Of a stretch of DNA of 64,000 bases, positions 1-10,606 are shown one piece after another. Source of the DNA: an uncultured Actinomycetes bacterium (lineage in GTDB: Bacteria > Actinomycetota > Thermoleophilia > Gaiellales > Gaiellaceae); contig CAVTSL010000005.1 in the NCBI GenBank assembly GCA_963737405.1, positions 226,145-290,144 of the forward strand, written 5' to 3'. Under the pieces are notes generated by a model that saw only the letters and a program-made list of their open reading frames with translations, was not told where the DNA came from and ran no database searches. A program made the translations under genes and the position numbers. Each line of letters starts with the position of its first letter. The stretch's first letter is position 1.

Positions 1-366
1 ATCTCCGTCGCCGGCGGAGAGGTCGACACGGTGGACGAGCTCTGCGAGCTCGTCGGCGACGGCATCTACGTCACAAGGCTCCACTACCTCGGGATCGTCG
101 ACCCGCGCGAGGGCGTCATCACGGGGATGACGCGCGACGGCACGTTCCGGATCCGCGACGGGAAGGTCGCCGAGCCGCTCGTCAACCTGCGCTTCACCGT
201 GTCGGTGCCGCAGATGCTCGAGGACGTCCCGGGCTTGAGCCGCGAGACGACGCTCGTGAACACGAGCGACTTCTACGGCGACCGCTATCCGACGGGCGTG
301 GTCGTTCCCGCCCTCGCCACGGCGCGGTTCAACATCACCGGCGTCGGGTCAGAGCCCGGTCTCTAG
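1..366 (+). CDS. TldD/PmbA-family metalloprotease, C-terminal fragment (5' end outside window)
   Basis: Frame is open from nt 1. The C-terminal sequence GDGIYVTRLHYLGIVDPREGVITGMTRDGTFRIRDGK is typical of the TldD/PmbA C-terminal domain. TAG stop at 364-366. Confidence 0.8.
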   Translation: MSVAGGEVDTVDELCELVGDGIYVTRLHYLGIVDPREGVITGMTRDGTFRIRDGKVAEPLVNLRFTVSVPQMLEDVPGLSRETTLVNTSDFYGDRYPTGVVVPALATARFNITGVGSEPGL

Positions 367-372
367 AGCCCG

Positions 373-591
373 CTAGAGCAGGTGCCAGAGGACGATCGTG
401 TTCGTCGCGAAGAGCGACGCCACGACGACCGTCAGGCGGGTGAGGTTCCGCTCGACGATGTGCGTCCCGCCCTGGGAAGCGGGCGTGAAGCCCATGCCGC
501 CCACGCCGGCGTCGCGTCCCGAGTGCATCAGGATGAGCGAGATCAGCGCGAACGAGAGCAGGACGTGAATTGCTGCGAAGAAGCCGACCAT
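373..591 (-). CDS. secG: preprotein translocase subunit SecG
   Basis: 72 aa with two hydrophobic helices flanking a Gly-rich loop (HSGRDAGVGGMGF), the SecG signature. Confidence 0.85.
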   Translation of the reverse strand: MVGFFAAIHVLLSFALISLILMHSGRDAGVGGMGFTPASQGGTHIVERNLTRLTVVVASLFATNTIVLWHLL

Positions 592-607
592 TGCGGGCCC
601 ATGGTAG

Positions 608-982
608 CTAGCGCCCCGCGACCTCGATGATCGCGTCGATCAGCTCCGCGGCGATCCGGTCCTTCGTCACGTAGCCCGCGGCCCCGGCCTGCCTGGCGAG
701 GTCGACGTCCGAGCGCGCGTTCGAGCCGGTGAGCATGAGGACGCAGGCGGTGTCGTCGAGCTGCCTGATCTCGCGCGTGGCGGCGATCCCGTCGAGCACC
801 GGCATCGCGATGTCCATGAGCGTGAGGTCGGGCCGGCGCTCCTGCCAGAGCTCGACGGCCTCGCGACCGTCACGCGCATGCCCGACGACGTCGATCCGCT
901 CCTCGGCGGCGAGGATCGCCTCGAGGGCTTCCGCGAAGAGACGATGGTCGTCGGCGATCAGCACCGTGACGGCGGCGGCCAT
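608..982 (-). CDS. response regulator, receiver domain only (CheY-like)
   Basis: ATG at 982 gives 124 aa. Contains VLIADDH...PDLTLMDIAMPVLDG...MLTG...AGAAGYVTK receiver motifs. The upstream 214 codons of ORF 608..1624 are Arg/Ser-rich shadow sequence. Confidence 0.85.
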   Translation of the reverse strand: MAAAVTVLIADDHRLFAEALEAILAAEERIDVVGHARDGREAVELWQERRPDLTLMDIAMPVLDGIAATREIRQLDDTACVLMLTGSNARSDVDLARQAGAAGYVTKDRIAAELIDAIIEVAGR

Positions 983-1015
983 ACCCCTTCCAATCTGCAC
1001 TGTTACCCTCGGAAT

Positions 1016-1246
1016 GTGAAGCCCGAGGAGGCAAGTGAGCGGATTCACAAGCTCCTCGTCACCGGGGACAACAGGCTGAAGCAGGGGGTTGACCCGGCGA
1101 AGATCCGTCAGAGCTACGAGGAGGCGCTTCGGCTCGCCCGCGAGGCCGGTCTCGACGAGAAGGTGGGGCCGCTCGTCGAGGTCAGGCTCGCCGATCTCGA
1201 GCGGCTCGCTCGAGAATCGCCTCCACACGGCTCGCCTGCACATTGA
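1016..1246 (+). CDS. hypothetical small protein (about 76 aa)
   Basis: GTG at 1016 inside ORF 878..1246. Third-position GC is high over about 60 codons and the helical sequence is plausible (KLLVTGDNRLKQGVDPAKIRQSYEEALRLAREAGLDEK). The 3' end overlaps the convergent glycosyltransferase by 65 nt, so the end is uncertain. Confidence 0.35.
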   Translation: MKPEEASERIHKLLVTGDNRLKQGVDPAKIRQSYEEALRLAREAGLDEKVGPLVEVRLADLERLARESPPHGSPAH

Positions 1247-2168
1247 CGTCGTGAGCCTCGGCGGCCGCACGCGCCGCCGCGTTCGGGACGGGGAGCGACG
1301 CCGCGCGCCGGAGCCCGTCGACGATCGAGTCGAGGTCGAGCGGGTCGACGAGCGCGCCCGCCTCCGGCGGAACGAACTCGGGCGGCCCGCCGATCCTCGT
1401 CGCGACGACCGGGCGACCGGTCGCCATCCCCTCGAGCAGCGACTGTCCGAGCGGCTCGAGCAGGCTCGGCTGGCAGAGGACCGACGCGCGCGCGAGCTGC
1501 TCCGGGATCTCGTCGTGCGGCACGCGGCCGACGAGGCGGACGCGCTCGCGTCCCTCGAGCTGCGGCCGGAGCGGGCCGTCGCCGACGTACGTGAGCGTGC
1601 CCTCGCCGACGCGCGCGAACGCATCCGCGAGGCGGACGACGTTCTTGCGCTCCGTCAGCGAGCCGATGCAGACGAACGCGGGCGCCTCGTCGGGCGCCGG
1701 CAGCACCGGGAAGCGTTCGAGGTCGACGCCGCTGTCGACGACCTCGGTCTTGCCGCGCGCCTCCGGCACCTTCGACTCGAGCTCGCGGCGCAGATAGTCC
1801 GAGACCGCGATCACGGCACTCGCACGACGGACCGCGAAGCGCGTCGCCGCACCGACGCCGGGGATCGCGCCGACGTTTCGGACGTCGCGCCCGTGCGCCG
1901 TGAGGACGAGCGGCGCGCGCTGCGCCAGCGCGGCGATCAGGCCGGACGGCACGAGGAAGTGGGCGTAGACGACGTCGGGACGCGGCGCGCGTCTCGCCGC
2001 CCGGGCGAGCTCGAGGTAGCGGCGCCTGCCCCCTGCGCGCCGGTCGAGCACCGCCCGGTCGACCTCATGGCCACGCCGCTCGAGCGCGTCGGCCATCTGC
2101 GCGACGAACACCCCGAGGTCGGGATCGTCCGGCCCGGGGTACATCTGCGAGACGAGGAGGATGCGCAC
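1182..2168 (-). CDS. glycosyltransferase family 4 (GT-B, group 1)
   Basis: 328 aa with GTG start. N-terminus MRILLVSQMYPG. C-terminal GT1 motif QPSLLEPLGQSLLEGMATGRPVVATRIGGPPE (E-x7-E region). Confidence 0.85.
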   Translation of the reverse strand: MRILLVSQMYPGPDDPDLGVFVAQMADALERRGHEVDRAVLDRRAGGRRRYLELARAARRAPRPDVVYAHFLVPSGLIAALAQRAPLVLTAHGRDVRNVGAIPGVGAATRFAVRRASAVIAVSDYLRRELESKVPEARGKTEVVDSGVDLERFPVLPAPDEAPAFVCIGSLTERKNVVRLADAFARVGEGTLTYVGDGPLRPQLEGRERVRLVGRVPHDEIPEQLARASVLCQPSLLEPLGQSLLEGMATGRPVVATRIGGPPEFVPPEAGALVDPLDLDSIVDGLRRAASLPVPNAAARAAAEAHDVNVQASRVEAILERAARDRRA

Positions 2169-2194
2169 CGGCCGGGACGCTAGCGTCCCCGCTC

Positions 2195-3169
2195 GTGAGC
2201 GTCGTCCACGTCGACCAGCTGACGAAGACCTTCGTCGTCCCCGAGCGCGAGGCCGGGCTCAAGGCTTCCGTGCGCGCACTCGTGAAGCGGCGCCACCGTG
2301 AGGTGCACGCGGTCGAGGCGATCTCGTTCGAGATCGGCAGCGGCGAGGTCGTCGGATTTCTGGGCCCGAACGGTGCCGGCAAGACCACGACGCTGAAGAT
2401 GCTCTCGGGCCTCCTGTACCCGACGTCGGGGGTGGCGACCGTGCTCGACCACGTGCCGTCGAAGCGCGGCCGCGACTACCTGCGGCAGATCACGCTGGTG
2501 ATGGGAAACCGCAACCAGCTCCAGTGGGACCTCCCCGCACTCGACTCCTTCGAGCTCAACCGCGCGATCTACCGCATCCCGCGTCCCGACTTCACGTCGC
2601 TTCGCGACGAGCTGATCGAGCTGCTCGACGTCGAGGATCTCGTGCGCAAGCCCGTGCGCAACCTGTCGCTCGGGGAGCGAATGAAGGTCGAGGTGGTCGG
2701 GTCGCTGCTCCACCGGCCGCGCGTCCTCTTCCTCGACGAGCCGACGATCGGCCTCGACGTGACGATGCAGAAGCGGATCCGCTCGTTCATCGCGGAGTAC
2801 AACCGCCGCTACGAGGCGACCGTTCTGCTGACGAGTCACTACATGGCGGACGTCGAGGCGCTCTGCAAGCGCGTGATCGTCATCCATCACGGGCGGATCC
2901 TCTTCGACGGGGCGCTTTCGGCGCTCGGGGAGCGCTTCGCTGCGTACAAGACGATCGCGGTCGACCTCGAGGACGGCGTGCGCGACCTCGGTGCCTACGG
3001 CGACGTGCTCCAGCACGACGGCTCGCGCGTCACGCTGCGCGTCCCGCGCGCGGAGACGGCTCAGATCACCGCGCGCCTCCTCGCCGAGCAGGACGTCGCC
3101 GACCTCACCGTCGAGGATCCGCCGATCGAAGACGTGATCGAGCTGGTCTTCGCGCAGGAACGCGAGTGA
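2195..3169 (+). CDS. ABC transporter ATP-binding protein (ABC-2 type system)
   Basis: Walker A GPNGAGKTT, signature LSLGERMK, Walker B LFLDEPT. Followed by two ABC-2 permeases. Confidence 0.9.
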   Translation: MSVVHVDQLTKTFVVPEREAGLKASVRALVKRRHREVHAVEAISFEIGSGEVVGFLGPNGAGKTTTLKMLSGLLYPTSGVATVLDHVPSKRGRDYLRQITLVMGNRNQLQWDLPALDSFELNRAIYRIPRPDFTSLRDELIELLDVEDLVRKPVRNLSLGERMKVEVVGSLLHRPRVLFLDEPTIGLDVTMQKRIRSFIAEYNRRYEATVLLTSHYMADVEALCKRVIVIHHGRILFDGALSALGERFAAYKTIAVDLEDGVRDLGAYGDVLQHDGSRVTLRVPRAETAQITARLLAEQDVADLTVEDPPIEDVIELVFAQERE

Positions 3170-4005
3170 CCGCGCCGCCCGCGCTTCCCGAGACGAGTGG
3201 CGCGCGCGCGTACGTCGACTACTACCTGACGCGCGGCCGGACGATGATCTCCGAGCAGTTCCAGTACCGCGTCGCGAACTACTTCTACATGATCGGGATG
3301 GTCGCGGAGCCCGTGATCTACCTGGTCGTGTGGACGACGATCGCGGACCAGCAGGGCGGCTCCGTCGGCGGCATCACAGCCGGCCAGCTCGCGGCGTACT
3401 ACATCGTCTGGACGCTCGTCCGGAACATGAACATCGTCTTCACGCCGTACGGGTGGGAGTGGCGGATCCGCGAGGGGCAGCTCTCCGCCGCGCTGCTGCG
3501 GCCGATCCATCCGCTGCACGACGACGTCGCGGCGTTCGCGGGCTGGAAGGTCGTCGTGATCGTGCTCTGGCTGCCGATTGCGGCGGCCCTCTGGCTGATC
3601 TTCGACCCGACGCTCGATCCGCGGCCGATCGAGGTTGCCGTCTTCGCCGTCGCGATCTGGGGCGCGTACCTGATCCGCACGATGTTCATGTCGATCCTCG
3701 GGATGATCACGTTCTGGACGACGCGCGTGAGCGCGATCTTCGAGCTCTTCGTCGCGCTCGAGCTGCTGCTCTCCGGGCGGCTCGTCCCGCTCCAGCTGAT
3801 GCCGAGCTGGGCGGAGAACCTCGCCTACGCGCTCCCGTTCATGTGGACGTTCTACTTCCCGATCGAGGCGCTCGTCGGCGACTGGTCGAACGCGCAGCTG
3901 CTCGGCGGGCTGGCGGCGCAGGCGGCGTGGACGCTCGTGCTCACGGGGCTGACGCTGTTCGTCTGGCGCTTCGCGGTGCGCCGCTACTCGGCGGTCGGCA
4001 ATTGA
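3166..4005 (+). CDS. ABC-2 family transporter permease
   Basis: GTG at 3166 overlaps the ATPase stop (GTGA). 279 aa, multi-TM, ends RRYSAVGN. The N-terminal 214 codons of ORF 2524..4005 are shadow sequence. Confidence 0.8.
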   Translation: MTAPPALPETSGARAYVDYYLTRGRTMISEQFQYRVANYFYMIGMVAEPVIYLVVWTTIADQQGGSVGGITAGQLAAYYIVWTLVRNMNIVFTPYGWEWRIREGQLSAALLRPIHPLHDDVAAFAGWKVVVIVLWLPIAAALWLIFDPTLDPRPIEVAVFAVAIWGAYLIRTMFMSILGMITFWTTRVSAIFELFVALELLLSGRLVPLQLMPSWAENLAYALPFMWTFYFPIEALVGDWSNAQLLGGLAAQAAWTLVLTGLTLFVWRFAVRRYSAVGN

Positions 4006-4785
4006 GGACGCTCCGGCTCGGCTGGCTCTTCTTCCGCGTCGGCTCGATGAACGAGCTGCAGTACCGCACGAACTTCTTCATCCAGCTCCTCCAGTCGACG
4101 GTCGCGGTCGTGACGGCACTCGTGGTGCTCGCGCTCGTCTACTCGCACACGGCGGAGCTGAACGGCTGGTCGAAGTCGGAGCTGATGGTCGTGACGGGGA
4201 TCCAGATCCTCCTCGGCGGCGTGATCCGCACGACGATCCAGCCGAACATGGAGCGCTTGATGGAGGAGGTACGCGACGGGAAGCTCGACTTCGCGCTCAC
4301 GAAGCCCGAGGACTCGCAGGTGCTCGCAAGCGTGCGCGAGGTCCGCATCTGGCGCTCGGTCGACGTCGTCGCGGGGGGCGCGGTGCTCGCGTACGGGATC
4401 TCGGGTCTCGAGGGCGGCGTCGGGCTCGACGATGCGCTCCTCTCCGTCGCGATGCTCGCCGTCGGCGCGCTGATGATCTACTGCTTCTGGCTCGTGATCG
4501 CGACGCTCGCGTTCTGGATCGTGAACGTCTGGAACATCATCGAGCTCTTCGACGGCCTCTACCAGACGGGTCGCTGGCCGGTGTCGATCTACCCCGGCTG
4601 GCTGCGGATCAGCGTGACGTTCCTCGTGCCGATCGCGTTCGCGATCACCGTGCCGGCGCAGGCGGTGACGTCGCGGCTCGCGTGGCCGACGGTCGGGCTC
4701 GCGCTCGCGTTCGGCGCGGCGCTCTTCGCGTTCACGCGCTGGTTCTGGCACTTCGGGCTGCGCCGGTACTCGGGCGCGTCAGCGC

Positions 4786-6384
<1,599 letters not shown>

Positions 6385-6516
6385 AGAGGCGCCGGGACCC
6401 CGATCCTCGCGAACCCCGTGGTGCCGGAAGTGCCGGCAAGCCTGGCGAGAAAGCCGACGCCTCTTCGCTCCCGTGTGCCTACCCCGGCCTTTGTGGGTTC
6501 AAACCGGGATTTCTCC

Positions 6517-7173
6517 ATGAGTACGCTTCGGCGCATGCGCGTCGTCGTCAAGCTCTTCGCCGGACTCCGCGAGCGCGCCGGGACGGGCGAGCGGGCCCTC
6601 GAGCTCCCGGACGGCGCGCGCACGGCGGACGTCTGGCCCGAGCTCGGGCTCGGCGAGGAGCCGGGCGGTCTGCTCTACGCGGTCAACCGCGAGTACGCCG
6701 ACGCGGATCTTGCACTCGCCGACGGCGACGAGGTCGCGCTCATCCCGCCGGTCTCCGGTGGTGCGTTCGTGGTCACGGACGACCCGCTCTCGCTCGAGTC
6801 GGTCGTGAAGGAGGTCGCGGGCGAGCGTGCAGGCGCCGTCGCGACGTTCACGGGAACCGTCCGCAAGGAGTCGCGCGGCCGGACCGTCCACCATCTCGAG
6901 TACGAGGCGTACACCGAGATGGCGGAGTCGGTGATGGCGGGGCTCGCGACGGTGCTGAAGGCGCGGTACGAGCTCCACGACGTCGCGATCCACCACAGGG
7001 TCGGGCGCGTCGAGATCGGCGAGGCGTCGGTCGTGATCGCGATCTCCGCCCCGCACCGTGCCGACGCCCTCGCGGCGTGCAAGGACGCGATCGACGCCTT
7101 GAAGGAGACCGTGCCGCTCTGGAAGAAAGAGGTGTACGAGGGCGGCGAGGAATGGGTCGGCCGCGGTTCATGA
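6517..7173 (+). CDS. fused molybdopterin synthase MoaD-MoaE (MoaX-like)
   Basis: The N-terminal about 82 aa is ThiS/MoaD-like and ends IPPVSGG (GG at 6757-6762). This is directly followed by a MoaE domain (ATFTGTVR...HHLEYEAY...HRVGRVEIGE...PLWKKE). ATG at 6517, with an alternative at 6535. Confidence 0.85.
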   Translation: MSTLRRMRVVVKLFAGLRERAGTGERALELPDGARTADVWPELGLGEEPGGLLYAVNREYADADLALADGDEVALIPPVSGGAFVVTDDPLSLESVVKEVAGERAGAVATFTGTVRKESRGRTVHHLEYEAYTEMAESVMAGLATVLKARYELHDVAIHHRVGRVEIGEASVVIAISAPHRADALAACKDAIDALKETVPLWKKEVYEGGEEWVGRGS

Positions 7174-7199
7174 CGCCGACTTTCAGCTATACCAAGTAA

Positions 7200-8102
7200 G
7201 TGAGCGACTTCCGCCCAGAGCCACGGCCCGAGCCGATCGAGTGGTCGACCCGCGTCCGCGAGGACGACCCGGACGAGCTGCCGGAGGAGCCGTACGACCT
7301 GACCCAGCTCCGCGGCTACGAGCCGGTGCACCCGGAATCGCCGCTCCGCTCGTTCCTGCGCAAGCTCTGGGTCCCGATCGCGTTCGTCGGCGCGCTGTTC
7401 TGGAAGTTCAAGGCGGCCGCCGTCGCGGTCTTCAAGTTCAAGTTCATCGGGACCGCGTTGTCGGGCCTCGTCTCGATCGCGGCCTACGCGCTCCTCTGGA
7501 GCTGGTGGTTCGCGGTCGGGCTCGTGGTGCTGCTGTTCATCCACGAGATGGGGCACGTGCTCGAGGCGCGCCGCCAGGGGCTGCCGACGAGCGCCCCGAT
7601 GTTCATCCCGTTCCTCGGCGCGCTGATCACGATGAAGCAGCTGCCCGACGACGCCTGGCGCGAGGCACGCGTGGCGCTCGCGGGACCGCTCGTCGGAACG
7701 CTCGGAGCGTGCGCGTTCTGGGCGATCGGCGCGGCGACGCAGCGCGACTTCTTCACGGCGATGGCGTACGTCGGCTTCTTCCTCAACCTCTTCAACCTGC
7801 TGCCGATCGTGCCGCTCGACGGCGGCCGCGCCGTCGGGGCGCTTCACCCGGCGTTCTGGCTGCTCGGGCTGGTCGGGCTTGCGGGCCTGCTCGTGATCGC
7901 GCCGAACCCGATCCTGATCGTGATCCTGATCATCGGCGGGATGGAGCTCTGGCACCGCTGGCGCGAGCGCGGCACCGCGGAGGCGACCGGGTACTACCGG
8001 ATCGAACGCTGGCAGCGGGTCGCCGTCGGCGTGACGTACCTCGGGCTCGCTGCGTTCCTCGTTGTCGCGATGCACTTCACGCACATCGAACGCACGCTTT
8101 GA
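7200..8102 (+). CDS. site-2 protease family (M50) zinc metalloprotease
   Basis: HEMGH zinc motif in a TM helix, a downstream NLLPIVPLDGG motif, and multiple TM segments. Confidence 0.85.
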   Translation: MSDFRPEPRPEPIEWSTRVREDDPDELPEEPYDLTQLRGYEPVHPESPLRSFLRKLWVPIAFVGALFWKFKAAAVAVFKFKFIGTALSGLVSIAAYALLWSWWFAVGLVVLLFIHEMGHVLEARRQGLPTSAPMFIPFLGALITMKQLPDDAWREARVALAGPLVGTLGACAFWAIGAATQRDFFTAMAYVGFFLNLFNLLPIVPLDGGRAVGALHPAFWLLGLVGLAGLLVIAPNPILIVILIIGGMELWHRWRERGTAEATGYYRIERWQRVAVGVTYLGLAAFLVVAMHFTHIERTL

Positions 8103-8800
8103 TGGACGACCGACGGATCCTCGAGAACGTCGACGGCAACCTCCACACGAGCGTGCTCAAGATCGCGCGCGAGTTCGAGATGGGCTTCGAGGCGGTCGCG
8201 AAGATCCCGCTCCCGGCCGTCACGCTCTTCGGCTCCGCGCGCGTGCACGAGGGGCATCCCGCGTACGAGGCCGCGCGGACGACCGGGCGGCTGTTCGCGG
8301 AGGCCGGCTGGTCGGTGATCACCGGCGGCGGCCCGGGCGTGATGGAGGCGGCGAACCGCGGTGCGAAGGAGGGCGGCGGCTTCTCGGTCGGCTTCAACAT
8401 CCACCTCCCCCACGAGCAGCACGCGAATCCCTACCTCGACATCGACGTCACGTTCGACCACTTCTACGCACGCAAGGTCTGCTTCGTGAAGCCGGCCGAG
8501 GGGTTCGTCATCTTCCCGGGCGGCTTCGGGACCCTCGACGAGCTGTTCGAGGCGCTGACGCTGATCCAGACGGACAAGGTGCTCGACTTCCCGGTCGTGC
8601 TCTTCGACTCCGACTTCTGGGCCGAGCTGCTCGACTTCATGCGCGGCGAGCTGCTCGCGAAAGGGATGATCTCGCCGGTGGACGTCGAGCTCCTGCACGT
8701 GATCGACGACCCGGCAGAGGCCGTCGAGATCGTCAACGACTCCTACGTGCGCCGTTGCGCCTCGCTCACCGCCGAGCCCGCGAAGGCGGACGCGCAGTAG
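8102..8800 (+). CDS. LOG family (TIGR00730) protein, cytokinin riboside 5'-monophosphate phosphoribohydrolase-like
   Basis: ATG at 8102 overlaps the upstream TGA by 1 nt. Motifs ITGGGPGVMEAANRGA and PGGFGTLDELFE. Confidence 0.85.
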   Translation: MDDRRILENVDGNLHTSVLKIAREFEMGFEAVAKIPLPAVTLFGSARVHEGHPAYEAARTTGRLFAEAGWSVITGGGPGVMEAANRGAKEGGGFSVGFNIHLPHEQHANPYLDIDVTFDHFYARKVCFVKPAEGFVIFPGGFGTLDELFEALTLIQTDKVLDFPVVLFDSDFWAELLDFMRGELLAKGMISPVDVELLHVIDDPAEAVEIVNDSYVRRCASLTAEPAKADAQ

Positions 8801-10570
8801 CTACTCGGGCGGCGGCAGCGTGAAGTCGATGCGCGGCGGGTTCGTCCCCGGGCCGTAGACGACCGTGGGCCCGACCGCGATGTACCGGCTCATGAACGCG
8901 TCCCGCCGCAGCACCTTGTCGCCCTCGTAGACCGTGCGGTTGACGGTGACGTCGAAGCCGGCCTCGTTCGAGCCTTCGGACGTGCGGATCGAGCCGGCGG
9001 GCGCGTAGGGGTCGTAGGCGTAGGCCGTCGTCGGCTGGCGCCAGTTGGTCTGCGGGCTCGTCGTCGCCTCGACCCGGCGCCCCGACGGAGCGCCGTAGAA
9101 CGTGAACGTCAGGGTCGAGCTCGTGTACGACGACTTGATCAGGATCCCGTGCGGCAGGTCGTTCCGGAACTCGAAGTCCGGGCCGCCCCACGAGACGGTC
9201 GCGTCGCGGCCCAGCGGGTAGTGGCTGATGTAGAAGCTGTGGTTGTGCCGCTCGATGATCGGGAGGCCGAGCTCGAATGCATTGTTGAAAAGCGTGGTCG
9301 CGGTCTGGCAGACGCCGCCGCCGATCGACGGCAGGAGCAGCGAGCCGACGATCATCTGCCCCTCGCGGAAGCCGCGCTCCACGGTGCGCTGGCCGACGAC
9401 CCGGTTGAACGAGAAGACCTCGCCGGGCTCGATGATCGTCCCGTCGATGTAGCGCGCCATGAGCTGCACGTTCCAGATGCGGTTCGACGACGAGACGCCC
9501 ATGTCGGTCGTGAAGGACGAGATCTTCCGCGTGATGCCGAGCGAGGTGAGCGCGTCGGCCTGGATGTCGGCCGGGATCTCCGACAGACGGACGTCCGCGA
9601 CGCGCCGGTCGGGTGAGTACGCGGCCGCCGTGACCTCCGCGAGCGCTGCGCTCCTGTCGAGGCCGATCCCCGGGCGGTCGGGAAGGACGCTCACCCTGTC
9701 GCCGGCGATCTCGAAGCGCGCGTTCACGGCGCGGCGCTCGTGCGCGCCGATCGCCGGGTCGAGCACGCGCGCGAGCCGGGCCTCGTCGAGCGTGACGAGG
9801 AAGTCGCCTGCGCGGCGCTCGAACCGGACGAGCCGGGCAAGCTCCTCCGGCGCCAGCGTCCGCAGCGGGCGTCCCTCGAAGAAGACGTAGACCGGTGCTG
9901 CGACGAGACCCCGTGCGACGTCGGCCGCGTTTCGCGCGTCGTCCGTCGAGTAGCGCGGGAGCGACGGGGAGAAGCTCGCGGTCACGGGCCCTCCCTCGAA
10001 TGCCGCGCGACGGAGCTCTGCGAGCAGCGCGGGCGCGTCGAGTCGCATGCCTTCGCTTCCCGGGCTGACGATCGGCTCGACGCCGTTCATCGAGACCTCG
10101 GCCGCGGCCGGCGAGTGTCCGCCGGCGCGACGGATGCGCGTGAGCACTCCGTCCAGTGCTTCGGGGCGCTCGCGCAGCACGGGCTCGACGTCGACGCTGC
10201 GCGCGCCGACGAGCGCGGCGAAGCGCTGGGGCTCCGTGCGGCGCGAGGCGGCGAGCGCGGCGTCGGCGGTCGCGACGGCGTTCAGGGCGAAGACGTCGGA
10301 CGGGCGAACGGCGATCGTCGTCTCGCCCGCTCGTACCTCGACCGGCGCCTTCAGGCGCGGGGCGAGGCGCCGCTGCAGGGTCGCGGTCGCGCCCGCATGG
10401 TCGAGGCCGGCGACGTCCACGCCCGCGACCGTGGTGCCAGGAAGCGCCTCGTCGCGGTACTGCACCATCCGCAGGTACGGGACAGCGGCCGCGACGAGCA
10501 GCGTCACGACGACGAGCGTGGAGATCCTCGGCCACGTCCTCGGAACCAGCTTCGCGGCGAGCTCGGTCAC
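8801..10570 (-). CDS. VanW/YoaR-like domain protein, N-terminal membrane anchor
   Basis: GTG at 10570. TM segment ISTLVVVTLLVAAAV. C-terminal VanW domain (EPGEVFSFNRVVGQRT...GGGVCQTATTLFNNAFELGLPIIERHNHSFYISHYP). Confidence 0.85.
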   Translation of the reverse strand: MTELAAKLVPRTWPRISTLVVVTLLVAAAVPYLRMVQYRDEALPGTTVAGVDVAGLDHAGATATLQRRLAPRLKAPVEVRAGETTIAVRPSDVFALNAVATADAALAASRRTEPQRFAALVGARSVDVEPVLRERPEALDGVLTRIRRAGGHSPAAAEVSMNGVEPIVSPGSEGMRLDAPALLAELRRAAFEGGPVTASFSPSLPRYSTDDARNAADVARGLVAAPVYVFFEGRPLRTLAPEELARLVRFERRAGDFLVTLDEARLARVLDPAIGAHERRAVNARFEIAGDRVSVLPDRPGIGLDRSAALAEVTAAAYSPDRRVADVRLSEIPADIQADALTSLGITRKISSFTTDMGVSSSNRIWNVQLMARYIDGTIIEPGEVFSFNRVVGQRTVERGFREGQMIVGSLLLPSIGGGVCQTATTLFNNAFELGLPIIERHNHSFYISHYPLGRDATVSWGGPDFEFRNDLPHGILIKSSYTSSTLTFTFYGAPSGRRVEATTSPQTNWRQPTTAYAYDPYAPAGSIRTSEGSNEAGFDVTVNRTVYEGDKVLRRDAFMSRYIAVGPTVVYGPGTNPPRIDFTLPPPE

Positions 10571-10606
10571 GGGGCGAAAGTAGCAGGGGCGCCTACACTC
10601 CCGGGT

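Noticed and set aside
6385-6516. AdoCbl (B12) riboswitch upstream of the mutase gene.
   Set aside because: I see no B12-box-like GCCACTG element on the mutase-sense strand. The structure is reported only as an unassigned structured leader.
8766-10535. 589-aa minus-strand ORF, the same length as the VanW gene and almost co-extensive with it.
   Set aside because: It is in a different frame from the VanW reading. The VanW frame has a clear TM anchor and a VanW domain, while this frame is Arg/Pro-rich nonsense.
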